Shown in pieces: positions 51,268-62,009 of a stretch of 64,000 nucleotides of DNA. Each line of letters begins with the position of its first letter. The stretch's first letter is position 1. The stretch comes from Octopus sinensis (Eukaryota), in NCBI RefSeq assembly GCF_006345805.1, contig NC_042997.1, positions 43,400,001 to 43,464,000 on the forward strand. Direction: 5' to 3'. Both the position numbers and the translations under genes were made by a program. Under the pieces are notes generated by a model. It searched no databases and was not told the origin of the DNA. It saw only the letters and a list, made by a program, of their open reading frames with translations.

Positions 51268-52001
51268 TTGATTTCGAGCCGGGTCGTCTGCTGCTGGAGA
51301 GGACCGATCAGGTAAAGGACCTGGGTATCTTGGTGGATTCCTCCTTTTCGCCTTCGGCCCAGTGCGTCCATGCTGCCAACAAAGCGCGCGGAATTCTGTT
51401 TTTGATTCGACGGTCATTCGGAATGCTCACAGCAGCCATATTCCTGCCACTCTATGTCACGCTGGTGAGACCCATATTGGAGTATGGGATTCAAGCCTCT
51501 TCTCCTTATCTCCTCAAAGACATACAGCACCTCGAAAGAGTCCAGAGGCTGGCTACCCGCATGGTTCATGGTCTCAAAAATTTGTCTTACGAAGAAAGGC
51601 TGAGGACGCTCGACCTTTGTTCTCTTGAAAAACGCCGCCGCTGTGGTGATCTCATTCTCGCCCACAACATCATAAGCGGGAAGTGTAACCTCTCGAAAGA
51701 GCTGTTCTTTACTCCTGCTCCGGAGCGTCGGCTGCGGGGTCATTCCGAAAAGCTCTACCTGCGACGATTTCATCTCAATCGAAGGAGAGGAGCTTTCTCC
51801 GTCCGGGTTGCGGGTCCGTGGAACAAGCTGCCAGACGAGATGGTGAAGATGCCGACGACCGCTTTGTTCAAAGCCTCCCTGGACCTCAAGTGGCCTGAAC
51901 TCTTTACATGAACACCACCCTGTACTTAACTCCATGTCCCCCTACATGGCCTTGCTATTTGCTTTTGAGCCAAATTAACTAACTAACTAACTAACTAACT
52001 A
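51268..52001 (+). mobile_element. 5'-truncated CR1-clade LINE (RT C-terminus, 3'UTR, (TAAC)n tail)
   Basis: Open frame KDLGILVDS...LYVTLVRPILEY...LERVQRLATRM...SYEERLRTLDL...WNKLP with stop at 51909-51911. Microsatellite tail. Splits a SINE. Confidence 0.93.
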
Positions 52002-52364
52002 TCACACCCCTAAAATTGCTGGCCTTGTGCTAAAATCTAAAATTATTATTATTGCTATTAATGTTGTATAATTAAATCAATGATTTATTATTTGAACGTT
52101 ATTGGAATATTAAAGGTGGTGAGCTAGCAGAATTGTTATCCACTGTGGTCAGCTTTGCCTTTCATCCTTTTGGGGTCGATAATAGAAATACCAGCCAAGG
52201 ACTGGGGTCAATGTAATCAACTTAGTCACTTTCCTGAAATTGCTGGCTTTGTGCCAAGATTTGAAGTCCATGTTATTGGAATATAAAATTTTTCTGATCT
52301 AAGATACCAAGATAGGTTGAATATCCAAATGGAATTGGACCGCAACATAGATTCTGTTGTTTGT

Positions 52365-52722
52365 TTGTGTGTGCCAGTGTGTGTGTGTGCGTGTGTGTAT
52401 GCGTGTGGGTATGCGTGTGTGTGTGTGTATGTGTGTGTGCGTGTATGTGCGTGTGTGTATGCGTGTGTGTATGTGTGCGTGTATGTGCGTGTGTGTATGC
52501 GTGTGTGTATGCGTGTGTGTGTGTGTATGCGTGTGTGTATGCGTGTGTGTATGCGTGTGTGTGTGTGTGTATGTGTGTGTGCGTGTATGTGTGTGTATGC
52601 GTGTGTGTATGCATGTGTGTGTGTGTGTATGTGTGTGTGCGTGTATGCGTGTGTGTGCGTGCGCGCGTGTGTGTGTGTGTGTGCGTCCGTGCGCATGTGT
52701 GTGTGTATGTGTGAGTGAGTGA
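52365..52722. repeat. (TG)n/(TGCG) compound microsatellite
   Basis: Directly visible. Confidence 0.95.
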
Positions 52723-52788
52723 GTTAATGAGAGGGAAATTGATAAACTGAAAGATAGATAAATATTAATTCAATTTTTTTTTTTTCAG

Positions 52789-52895
52789 GTGTCAACTGGT
52801 TCTGAATTTCTTGGCCCAGGGAAATCTCCTATTGAGTTAATCATTGATTTTTACAATGTTGTTACCAGATACTTGGAATGGTCAAAGTCTGGCAG
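52789..52895 (+). CDS. Ankyrin-repeat protein, coding exon 3 (VSTGSEFLGPGKSPIELIIDFYNVVTRYLEWSKSG)
   Basis: Poly-T tract plus CAG acceptor, donor CAG|GTAGA, phase 0 to 2, no stops. GKSPIELI resembles a degenerate ankyrin motif. Confidence 0.85.
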
Positions 52896-53267
52896 GTAGA
52901 AGTTTATCTTATCTTCCACAAAACAAAACCTAGAACTATGTGTGTGCTTTTGAATGTATGCATAGAGTTTGCATGTGCTTTTCAGTCTATGTTTTATTGT
53001 TTCTCTATGATTGGTACTGTGGTTTACTACTTTACCTATAAAATTGTAATTGAAACACACACACACACACACACATATAAAGATGGGCTTCTTTCAGTTT
53101 CTTTCTATCAGATCTATTTGCTGAGCTTTGGTTGGCTCAAAGTGTCACAAAGTGGAACTGAACCCAAAGCCACATGGTTGAGAAGCAAATTTCATATATA
53201 TATATTATATTACACACACACACACACACATATATATATGTATGTATATATATATATATATATATAT

Positions 53268-53520
53268 AGGGAGAATTTACAAAAAAAAAACAAAAGATGA
53301 AGACAGGTGGTGTAGACAACAAACAGATGTATTAGTTTAAAGCTCGGGAAGTGAAAAAGCCTTTAACGTTTCGAGCCTACGCTCTTACACAGAAAGGAAC
53401 ACAGAAAGAAACAAGGAGAGAAAAGAAAGAATGTGTAATGGCTAGCAATCTATCATGGCAAATGCCGGACAGAGCGGTCACACAGTAGAGCTAGGAAGAA
53501 GGGGATATAATAAAGTAGTG
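53268..53520 (-). mobile_element. Penelope-like pLTR fragment with a core-mutated hammerhead (53360-53397)
   Basis: Minus strand CCUUU-CUGUGUA-A-GAGC(GUAG)GCUC-GAAA-CG-UU-AAAGG. Stems are perfect but the first core box is mutated. Confidence 0.55.
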
Positions 53521-54290
53521 GGGATCCCAAAACGAAGGTGCACGTGCGTGTGTATAGGAGAGCATGTATGTGCGTGTGGAAGAGGGCTGGTGACCTTGAC
53601 GTGTGCATGTGTGTATGTGTAGGTCTGTGGGTGTGGGGCTGGGAAGTGGTCAGTGCTAGTGTGTACATGGTGGTGTGATGTGATGCGGTGTTGTGTGATA
53701 TGATGGTGTATGGTGTTGGGATGTGGGTGATACGAGAGTGGGGAAAGCAAGGGTGGGGTGTGAGTTAGGCTGAAGGTGGGGGTAGAGGTGAGGTATGTGG
53801 GTAGGCTGAGGGTAGGGCTAGAGGTAGGGTATGTGGGAGTGGTGTAAGGGATGGGGTGGGACTGAGATGGGATGGATAGGGAAGGTGGGGGTTGGATCGT
53901 GTGAGGGTGGGGTTATGAGGTAGGGGTGACGATGAAGGGAGGGATGTGCTAGAGCACCACTTTTAGTTGAACAAATCAAACCCAGGACTTATTCTTTGTA
54001 AACCTAGTTCTTATTGTATTGGTCTCTTTTGCTGAACTGCTAAGTTATGGGGACTTAAACACACCAACATTGGTTGTCAAATATATACATGCATACATAC
54101 ATACATACGTATATACATACAACAGGCTTCTTTCAGTTTCCATCTACCAAATTCACTCACAAGGCTTTGGTTGGCCCGAGGCTATCGTAGAAGACACTTG
54201 CCCAAGGTGTTATGCAGTGGGACTGAACCCAGAACCATGTGGTTAGGAAGCATGCTTCTTACCACACAGCCACACTGGCATCTAGATATA

Positions 54291-55195
54291 TTGAGTCAGC
54301 CCATAAATAATGTGGTTTTTATATACTTCTTTTATTTTTCAAAATTAAGATAGACAAAGTTCTTTTTTAATCTAAAACATACTCTCCTTCAATTTCTACA
54401 ATGCTCTTCTATCTATCTGGTAGACTTGCAAGGCCCCTCTTCCAAAATTCACTTGACTGTGATGAAAATTACTCCTCCAGAATTCTGTCTACAGAATTCA
54501 TATTTTTTCCATCCAAATGATTTTGAAGTCTGCAGAATAAATGATAATCAGATAGGGCAATGTCTGGCAAATATGGTGGGTGGGGCATCATTTCCCAGTC
54601 AGACTGCTCCAGCCTTTGGAATGTCATCCTTGCTGTATGTGACTGAGCATTATCCTGATAGAACACCTTTCATCTTGAAGCCAAAGATGGTCGTTTTTCT
54701 TCTAGTACAGGTGTCGATGAACGGTTGAATGACCAAATCCAAGCTTCTCTACTAGTTCCTCAATAGTTATGGAATTTTGTTCCACCAGGATTTGCAGGAC
54801 GTTCTTGTTGAGCTCTACAGATCTTCCAGGATGCGGCTAGTCTTCTAGGCTGTAGTTTCTGGCTTGGAATTTCTGGAACATCTGTTGACACTGGCTTACG
54901 CTTATTGTCCTAACCCCTTACATTGCATTAATATTCCTTGCACTTTTCGTTTTGTTATTGCCTTTATTGAACTCATAAAGCAAAATGTGCCGAATATGCC
55001 CCTTTGTCAATTCCATTAAAACTTTGAAAAAATAACTGTTAAAATTGAACAGCACTCTTCAAAACTTGCACTAAGAATAAGATGAAGGTAAAATCATTAC
55101 CTAATTTTATAGCAAGTTGATGAAGGTAGTTTATCCCGACACCCACCAACTTTTAGTTCAATCAATTGAAAAAATTGCATTATTTATGGGATGAC

Positions 55196-55199
<4 letters not shown>
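54291..55199 (-). mobile_element. Internally deleted, decayed mariner element with both TIRs (intron of the ankyrin gene)
   Basis: TA-flanked TIRs TTG(A/G)GTCA(G/T)CCCATAAATAATG. Transposase fragment QDNAQSH...HPPYLPDIALSDYHLF. Confidence 0.9.
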
Positions 55200-55233
<34 letters not shown>

Positions 55234-55944
55234 CATATATAAACACATACATATTTATATATACATATATGTATGTGTGTGTGTGTGTATATATTCAACT
55301 TTGCCTTTCATCCTTTCGGGGGTCGATAAATAAAGTACCAGTTATGCACTGGTGTCAATCTAATCAACTTAATCCCTTTGTCTGTCCTTTTTGTCCCCTC
55401 TATGTTTAGCCCCTTGTGGGCAATAAAAAAATATATATATCATGCTAGCATGGGTTGGACGGTTCTACTGGGGTCTGTGAAGCCAGAAGGCTTCATCAGG
55501 CCCAGTCAAATCTGGCAGTGTTTCTACGGCTGGATGCCCTTCCTAACGCCAACCACTCCGTGAGTGTAGTGGGTGCTTTTTACGTGCCATGGCAAATGAA
55601 AAACAGAAGATGGAATATACATACATATATATATATTAATAAATACATGTATATACATATATATGCACATATATAAACATGTATGCATGCCCACACACAT
55701 GCATACTCTGTTGATGTTGAAATTCCAATGATGACAAGAAATTCTTGAAAAAAAACTGAATAATGACCAGTAAAAAAAAAGAAAGCATTTTACATCCACT
55801 CTGCATTAATCAAAGTTCAGTATGCTGCCATTTAAACATAATAACAGTTATTTTTGAAATATTATTCAGCACTAGCTGTTTCAAAAGACATGATATACTA
55901 ATGGTATATTGTCTGATGAGATATTGATTAAAAATTTCTTTTGA

Positions 55945-56204
55945 TCCAGTTTATGGAACAAACTGCCGGCATCAGTTGTTAGTTGTCGGAGCACTGCATC
56001 CTTCAAAACTTCCATGCCTCCTGAGATTCGCCAACACTACACCTGATTTTCTCCCCTCCATACACACACAAGCATGTATCTGACTCATACATTGTTCGCT
56101 TTCCAGACATTTTTACATTACTGCATGTACTTTATATGCACTTTCTGACAAGTTGTGGTGCACCTGAGCACTGTATACAATAATTTCATTATTATTATTA
56201 TTAT
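55945..56204 (+). mobile_element. 3' end of a CR1/L2-like LINE with (ATT)n tail
   Basis: W-N-K..LPASVVSCRSTASFK-like remnant, then 3'UTR and (ATT)n, ending just upstream of exon 4. Confidence 0.6.
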
Positions 56205-56237
56205 TCACAGACATTTTCACATTTATTTCATTGCTAG

Positions 56238-56359
56238 ATTATCTGCAAGTGAATGCTGGAATCCAAATGATGATATTGTTATTGGTTTCAGTAATAAAAT
56301 TGTAAATAATCTGTATGAAGTCAAAGAGATTTGTGAGCAGTTAGTTTTCACCATTCTGG
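56238..56359 (+). CDS. Ankyrin-repeat protein, coding exon 4 (RLSASECWNPNDDIVIGFSNKIVNNLYEVKEICEQLVFTIL)
   Basis: Acceptor tttcattgctag, donor CTGG|GTAAGC, phase 2 to 1. Bridges exons 3 and 5 in frame. Confidence 0.85.
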
Positions 56360-56409
56360 GTAAGCTTTCTTTTATATTTTCTATCTTAGCTTTTTGACAT
56401 GAACAAATA

Positions 56410-57104
56410 TCTTTTATCGTTTTACTTGTTTCAGTCATTAGACTACGGCCATACTGGAGCACCACCTCAAAGAAATTTTAGTTGAATGAATCAACCCCGG
56501 TATTAATATGTTTAGTATTAATATGTCTAGTACTTATTCTATCGATATCTTTTGCTGAACTGCTAAGTTACTGGGATGTAAACACACCAACACTGGTTGT
56601 CAATTAGTGGTAGGAGATACACACACACAAATATATACGACGGGCTTCTTCCAGTTTTCATCTACTAAATCCATTCACAAGGCTTTGGTTGACCCAAGGC
56701 TATAAAAGACACTTGCCCAAGATGCTATTCAGTGGGACTGAACCCAGAACCATCTGGTTGGGAAGCACACTTCTTACCACACAGCCATGCCTGCCACCCA
56801 TTACCTATTTTTCCATCTTTGAAGTCCCTGTTTACCTCAGACATATTTGGATATAAAACATTGTAATAAATCAGTGCTGGCTATAAGTTTATAATTTCTA
56901 ATTTCTATAGAAATATAACAGAATGTATCAAGTATCATAGGCACAGGAGTGGCTGTGTGGTAAGTAGCTTGCTAACCAACCACATGGTTCTGGGTTCAGT
57001 CCCACTGCATGGCATCTTGGGCAAGTGTCTTCTGCTATAGCCCCGAGCCAACCAATGCCTTGTGAGTAGATTTGGTAGACGGAAACTGAAAGAAGCCTGT
57101 CGTA

Positions 57105-57169
<65 letters not shown>

Positions 57170-57378
57170 ATGTGAGTGTGTGTCTGTGTTTGTCCCCCTA
57201 GCATTGCTTGACCACCGATGCTGGTGTGTTTACGTCCCCGTCACTTAGCGGTTTGGCAAAAGAGACTGATAGAATAAGTACTGGACTCACAAAGAATTAG
57301 TTCCGGGGTCGATTTGCTCGACTAAAGGCGGTGCTCCAGCATGGCCGCAGTCAAATGACTGAACAAGTAAAAGAGTAA
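56410..57378. mobile_element. Divergently oriented SINE family A pair (56410-56795 minus, 56940-57378 plus)
   Basis: Homology to 908-1320 in both orientations. Confidence 0.85.
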
Positions 57379-58874
57379 GTTCATATATATAATCATTTGT
57401 TTTTATTTATCTTTTGGGGGTGGTGTGGGTAAAAATAAGAGCAAATTTGATATACTGTGACTGTAGAATATATAATTATTTGTTTGTGATTCTTGGCTAT
57501 TTCTTGCAGAACATAATGAGGTATACAGATTTCTGAGATTAAACAAACTCTTGATGGAACCATAGAGTTCTGCAATTAAGTTTGTCATGGAGTTCATTAG
57601 AAGGCAGACTAGTAAGAACTCCATAGTTCTGCCTATAATGTTATGAGCAGATATTGGTAGCAAATGTTGCCGTTAACTAAGATGTTTAGCACACTCTGCT
57701 TCCAAACTTGAACTTGAACTGTAAGCCAGGCTAAAACCTGTTAGATGTTGTCCTACGAGTTTGAAATTGGTTTTATTGTCAAAGCTGGGTTCGTATGATT
57801 GACTGAATCATCATCATCATCATCATCATCGTTTAACGTCCGTTCTCCATGCTAGCATGGGTTGGACGGTTCGACCGGGGATCTGGGAAGCCAGAAGGCT
57901 GCACCAGGCTCCAATCTAATCTGGCAATGTTTCTACAGCTGGATGCCCTTCCTAATGCCAACCACTCCGAGAGTGTAGTGGGTGCTTTTATGTGCCACTG
58001 GCATGAGGGCCAGTTAGGTGGTACTGGCAACGGCCATGCTCAAATGGTGCTTTTTATGTGCCACCTGCCAACGAGCTTGTTCGAATGTTTTTTTTTCACG
58101 TGCCACCAGTAAGGCGATGCAGGTAACGATCACACTCAGATGGTGCTTTTTACATGCCACCGGCACGGAAGCCATTTTTTTGCTCTGGCAAATATAAAAT
58201 TAAGAGGAATGACCACCAAAGCGGACTCTTAATATGCTAGATATAGACGTCAAATCGCCTAACCACAAAGATGGATCTTCTCAAGCGTGACATAATGCCA
58301 AAAGTCTTGGTCATTGCCTCCGTAAGGCCCAACACTTGACAGGAATTTGGCTAAGCCACTGGTTTTAATTAATTAATATCAATTTCTACCCTCATTATTT
58401 AATTATATATATATATATATCATGTGACTGACCAGGCTATCAGATGTCATGACTGACCAAGCTATTGGATGTTGTTACACATCGCTGGCCATAATGCGCT
58501 TTTGTATTGTTTTAGCCTTCAAATGATGGACCCTGCTGGCTAGGCGAGCAGGCTAACAATCCCCACTGATCATCATCATCATTATCGTTTAGCGTCCGCT
58601 TTCCATGCTGGCATGGGTTGGACGGGGAGCATATTTGAATATATATATATATATCATCATCATCAATATCATCATCATCGGAGACCCAACCCATAACATT
58701 ACATGGCAAGTCGGGGATGCGCCAGAGGGGCAGACCGAACCCATAACATACATGACATGTCAGGCATTTGCCATAATGTTACATGAAATGTTGGAGATTC
58801 ACTAGAGGGGCAGACCCAATCCATTATGTTACATGACATGCGGGGGGAATTCTCCAGAGGGGCAGGGCCACTCC

Positions 58875-58906
<32 letters not shown>

Positions 58907-59161
58907 GGGTGTGTGACTGTGTGGTAAGAAGCTTGCTTCCCAACCGCATGCTTCTGGGTTCAGTCCCACTGCATGATACCTCGGGCAAGTATCTTCCACC
59001 ACAGCCTCAGGCCGACCAAAGCCTCGTCAGTGGACCCAGTAAATGGAAACTGAAAGAAGCCCATCGTGCATACATATATATTTTGTATATATATAAGAAT
59101 TTTTTGCCTAATGAGATAAAAACCAAGGCTGTGTAGATATTAGAACATTTATTGATAGAAG

Positions 59162-59213
59162 GTCTTACAGCTGTTTCCAGGATATTTATTAATTATATCC
59201 CTTCATCGGAGAT
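59162..59213 (-). ncRNA. Hammerhead-like motif (U4C core variant), probable Penelope pLTR remnant
   Basis: Minus strand UCU-CCGAUGA-A-GGGAUAU(loop)AUAUCCU-G-GAAA-CAGCUG-UA-AGA with palindromic stem III. Confidence 0.5.
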
Positions 59214-60094
59214 GGTGTAAGAGGATGGTTAAGTCATGGTTAGTTTAGATGTGATACAAAATAGAGAGTGAGGTGGAGGAAAGAAAATAGATGCAATATA
59301 TGTAGGGATATTGAAGTTGTAGATCGATTTTTTAGGCAGAATGGTATATATGTAATATTCCAATACCCTATGAGCAAAGTCCCAAAGTCCAACATATATA
59401 TATATATTCAAATATGAATTAGAAGTAGCTTGAGGTATATAAACAAAATCGAACACACATACACAAGGTATGTGTGTTGTTAGTTTGTGGGTTAGCTGTG
59501 GCTTTTAGCCACAGAGAGAATATATTCTCTATGTGCCTAAAAGCTGCAGTTGACCCACGAACTAACAATACATATACCTTGTGTATGTGTGTTCGGGTGA
59601 CTGAGACCTTTAGCGATGTGCTGTGCTTGAGAGGACCCATCAAACCAAGTGCATCCGTACTGGTGGCGTGTAAAGAACATCTTTTGAATGTTGGGCCTCT
59701 TGGAGGCAATGACCAAGACCTTTGGCATTATGTTGTGCTTGGGAAGAAAACCATCAAGCCGAGCAAAATCACAGTTGTGGGAGATACCAGTGTCATGCAA
59801 ATTGGCACCTGTGCTGGTGGCACATAAATACACCTCATTGTCATGCAAATTGGCACCTGTGCCAGTGGAATGTAAATGCACCCCTGTGCCATGCAAATGG
59901 AACCTGTGCTGGTGGCATGTAAAAGCACCCATTACACTCACAGAGTGTTTAGCATTAGGAAGGGCATCCAGGTATAGAAAACCATGCCAAATCAGACTGG
60001 AGTCTGGTGCAGCCTTCCGGCCTTGCCAGCCCAGTCAAACCATCCAACCCATGCCAGCATGGACAACATGCGTTAAATGATGATGATGATGATA

Positions 60095-60460
60095 TCTCTC
60101 TATATATAAACGGCAAAATGTCTGTGTGTGCATGTCCTTTATACAAATCCACAATTTTTCAGTTAGAGGGCTCGCACTTTCTATGGTCATTCAAAACCGC
60201 CCAAGGGTGGTCGTGCACATCTTTACATTTCCCCAGTCACCCTGCAAAGCCATTAAAAAATCAATAGAAGTGACTTTTTTGTAAATTTTCTATCCAAAAC
60301 CCAATCAAAATGCCCGAAACTTGATACGCCAATTGAATGCCAGCTAGCTGTATGTGATTGGTCGGAGATTTGGACAGTACTCGCGTGTATGTGTGCACGC
60401 ATGCAGCTGTATATGCATGCACTAGCACTATGACCTGGCAACGCCGGGTCATAGTGCTAG
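60095..60460 (+). mobile_element. Non-autonomous Helitron, second family
   Basis: A|TCTCTCTATATATAAA...GACCTGGCAACGCCGGGTC-ATAGTG-CTAG|T. Confidence 0.8.
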
Positions 60461-60469
60461 TATATATAT

Positions 60470-60883
60470 ACTCTTTACTCTTTTACTCTTTTACTTGTTT
60501 CAGTCATTTGACTGCGGCCATGCTGGAGCACCGCCTTTGGTCGAGCAAATCGATCCCGGGACTTATTCTTTGTAAGCCCAGTACTTATTCTATTGGTCTC
60601 TTTTTGCCGAACCGCTAAGTGACGGGGACGTAAACACACCAGCATCGATTGTCAAGCAATGCTAGGGGGACAAACACAGACACACAAATACACACATACA
60701 TATATATATACACATATATACGACAGGCTTCTTTCAGTTTCTGCCTACCAAATCCACTCACAAGGCATTGGTCGGCCCGGGGTTATAGCAGAAGACACTT
60801 GCCCAAGATGCCACGCAGTGGGACTGAACCCGGAACCATGTGGCTGGTTAGCAAGCTACTTATCACACAGCCACTCCTGTGCC
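60470..60883 (-). mobile_element. SINE family A
   Basis: Reverse-complement homology. Confidence 0.9.
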
Positions 60884-61016
60884 TATATATATATATAATA
60901 TTTGAAAGTTATAGTTGATGCTTGGGTGTCTTGAAACGTGTTATTCAAAATTTTGTTTTATGATTAATAAAACTAAATAAGCAAATAATTTGAATTCCGT
61001 TGTTTTTCTTTTACAG

Positions 61017-61324
61017 CAACTGGTGGTGAACCCAACATTAAGGATGAAGACCACCAAACCCCTTTACACACTTTGGCAATTCGAGGCTTTGATATTGAAA
61101 TGGCAAAACTGTTATGTGAAAATGAAGGTGACATCAATGCTATCGACCAAAGACATAATTCACCTTTGTTGTGTCTGTTGGATATTTCAATTAGTGAATC
61201 AGACTACAAACAAATTAATGATCTCTCACCAACATCAAGTGATAACACTTTAGAAGATAATGTTGCCATTGATGGAGTGAAGAAAGATTTCTTTTACTTC
61301 TTTATCAATCAGTGTGATATTGAT
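61017..61324 (+). CDS. Ankyrin-repeat protein, coding exon 5 (ATGGEPNIKDEDHQTPLHTLAIRGFDIEMAKLLCENEGDINAIDQRHNSPLLCLLD...QCDID); gene continues past the window
   Basis: Acceptor tttttcttttacag, donor GAT|GTAAGA, phase 1 to 0. Clear ankyrin repeats (TPLH...AKLLCENEGDINAID..NSPL). The five exons total 807 coding nt (269 codons) with no stop. Confidence 0.92.
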
Positions 61325-61878
61325 GTAAGAAATCATTTATTTTACCTTACTTTTGGTTTCATTTCTGCTGTGTCTTTGTTTTTATTCTATTTGTTAGAAA
61401 AATTTTTAACTTACTTTTTTATTTTTTATCTTTTGCTTGTTCCAATCATAGGACTATGGCCATGATGGGGCACAAAATCACACACACATGGTGGGTTTCA
61501 GCACAGTTTCTTTCTTGTTCTCTTGCTTGAGATCAGAATAATTTTGAGAGAAAAATATAAGAAAATTGCAAATGAAAAACAGCAGAAAGTCATAGAATAA
61601 TCTCTATAACAATAATAAATCATTGAGGGAGCCTCTGTGTAGTCATTTGACCTGCTATATATAGTAGCTGGGTTTTTAAACTACACTGTTGTGTCTTAGA
61701 AAAGGACCCATCATGCATTGGAAAAATATGCCTCCCCCACAAAAAAAATCTAAAATATAAAACAGATGGGTCAACATAAGTGCAGGCATGGCTGTGTGGT
61801 TAAAGTTTTGTAACCATGAAGTTTCAGAGTCAGTTCAACTATACTTAAGAAGACCCATCCACCACAGCAGAATTGATA

Positions 61879-62009
61879 CTGGTGCTGGTACCATGTAAAA
61901 AGGACTGGTGCTGGTACCATGTAAAAAGCATTGGTGCTGGTACCATGTAAAAAGGACTGGTGCTGGTACCATGTAAAAAGCATTGGTGCTGGTACCATGT
62001 AAAAAGCAC
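61879..62009 (+). repeat. 26-bp minisatellite x5 with alternating variants, inside a family D element
   Basis: (C/T)TGGTGCTGGTACCATGTAAAAAG(G/C)A repeated, with ggac and gcat junctions alternating. Confidence 0.9.

Noticed and set aside
51414-51935. 173-aa minus-strand ORF
   Set aside because: Antisense shadow of the GC-rich CR1 coding fragment.
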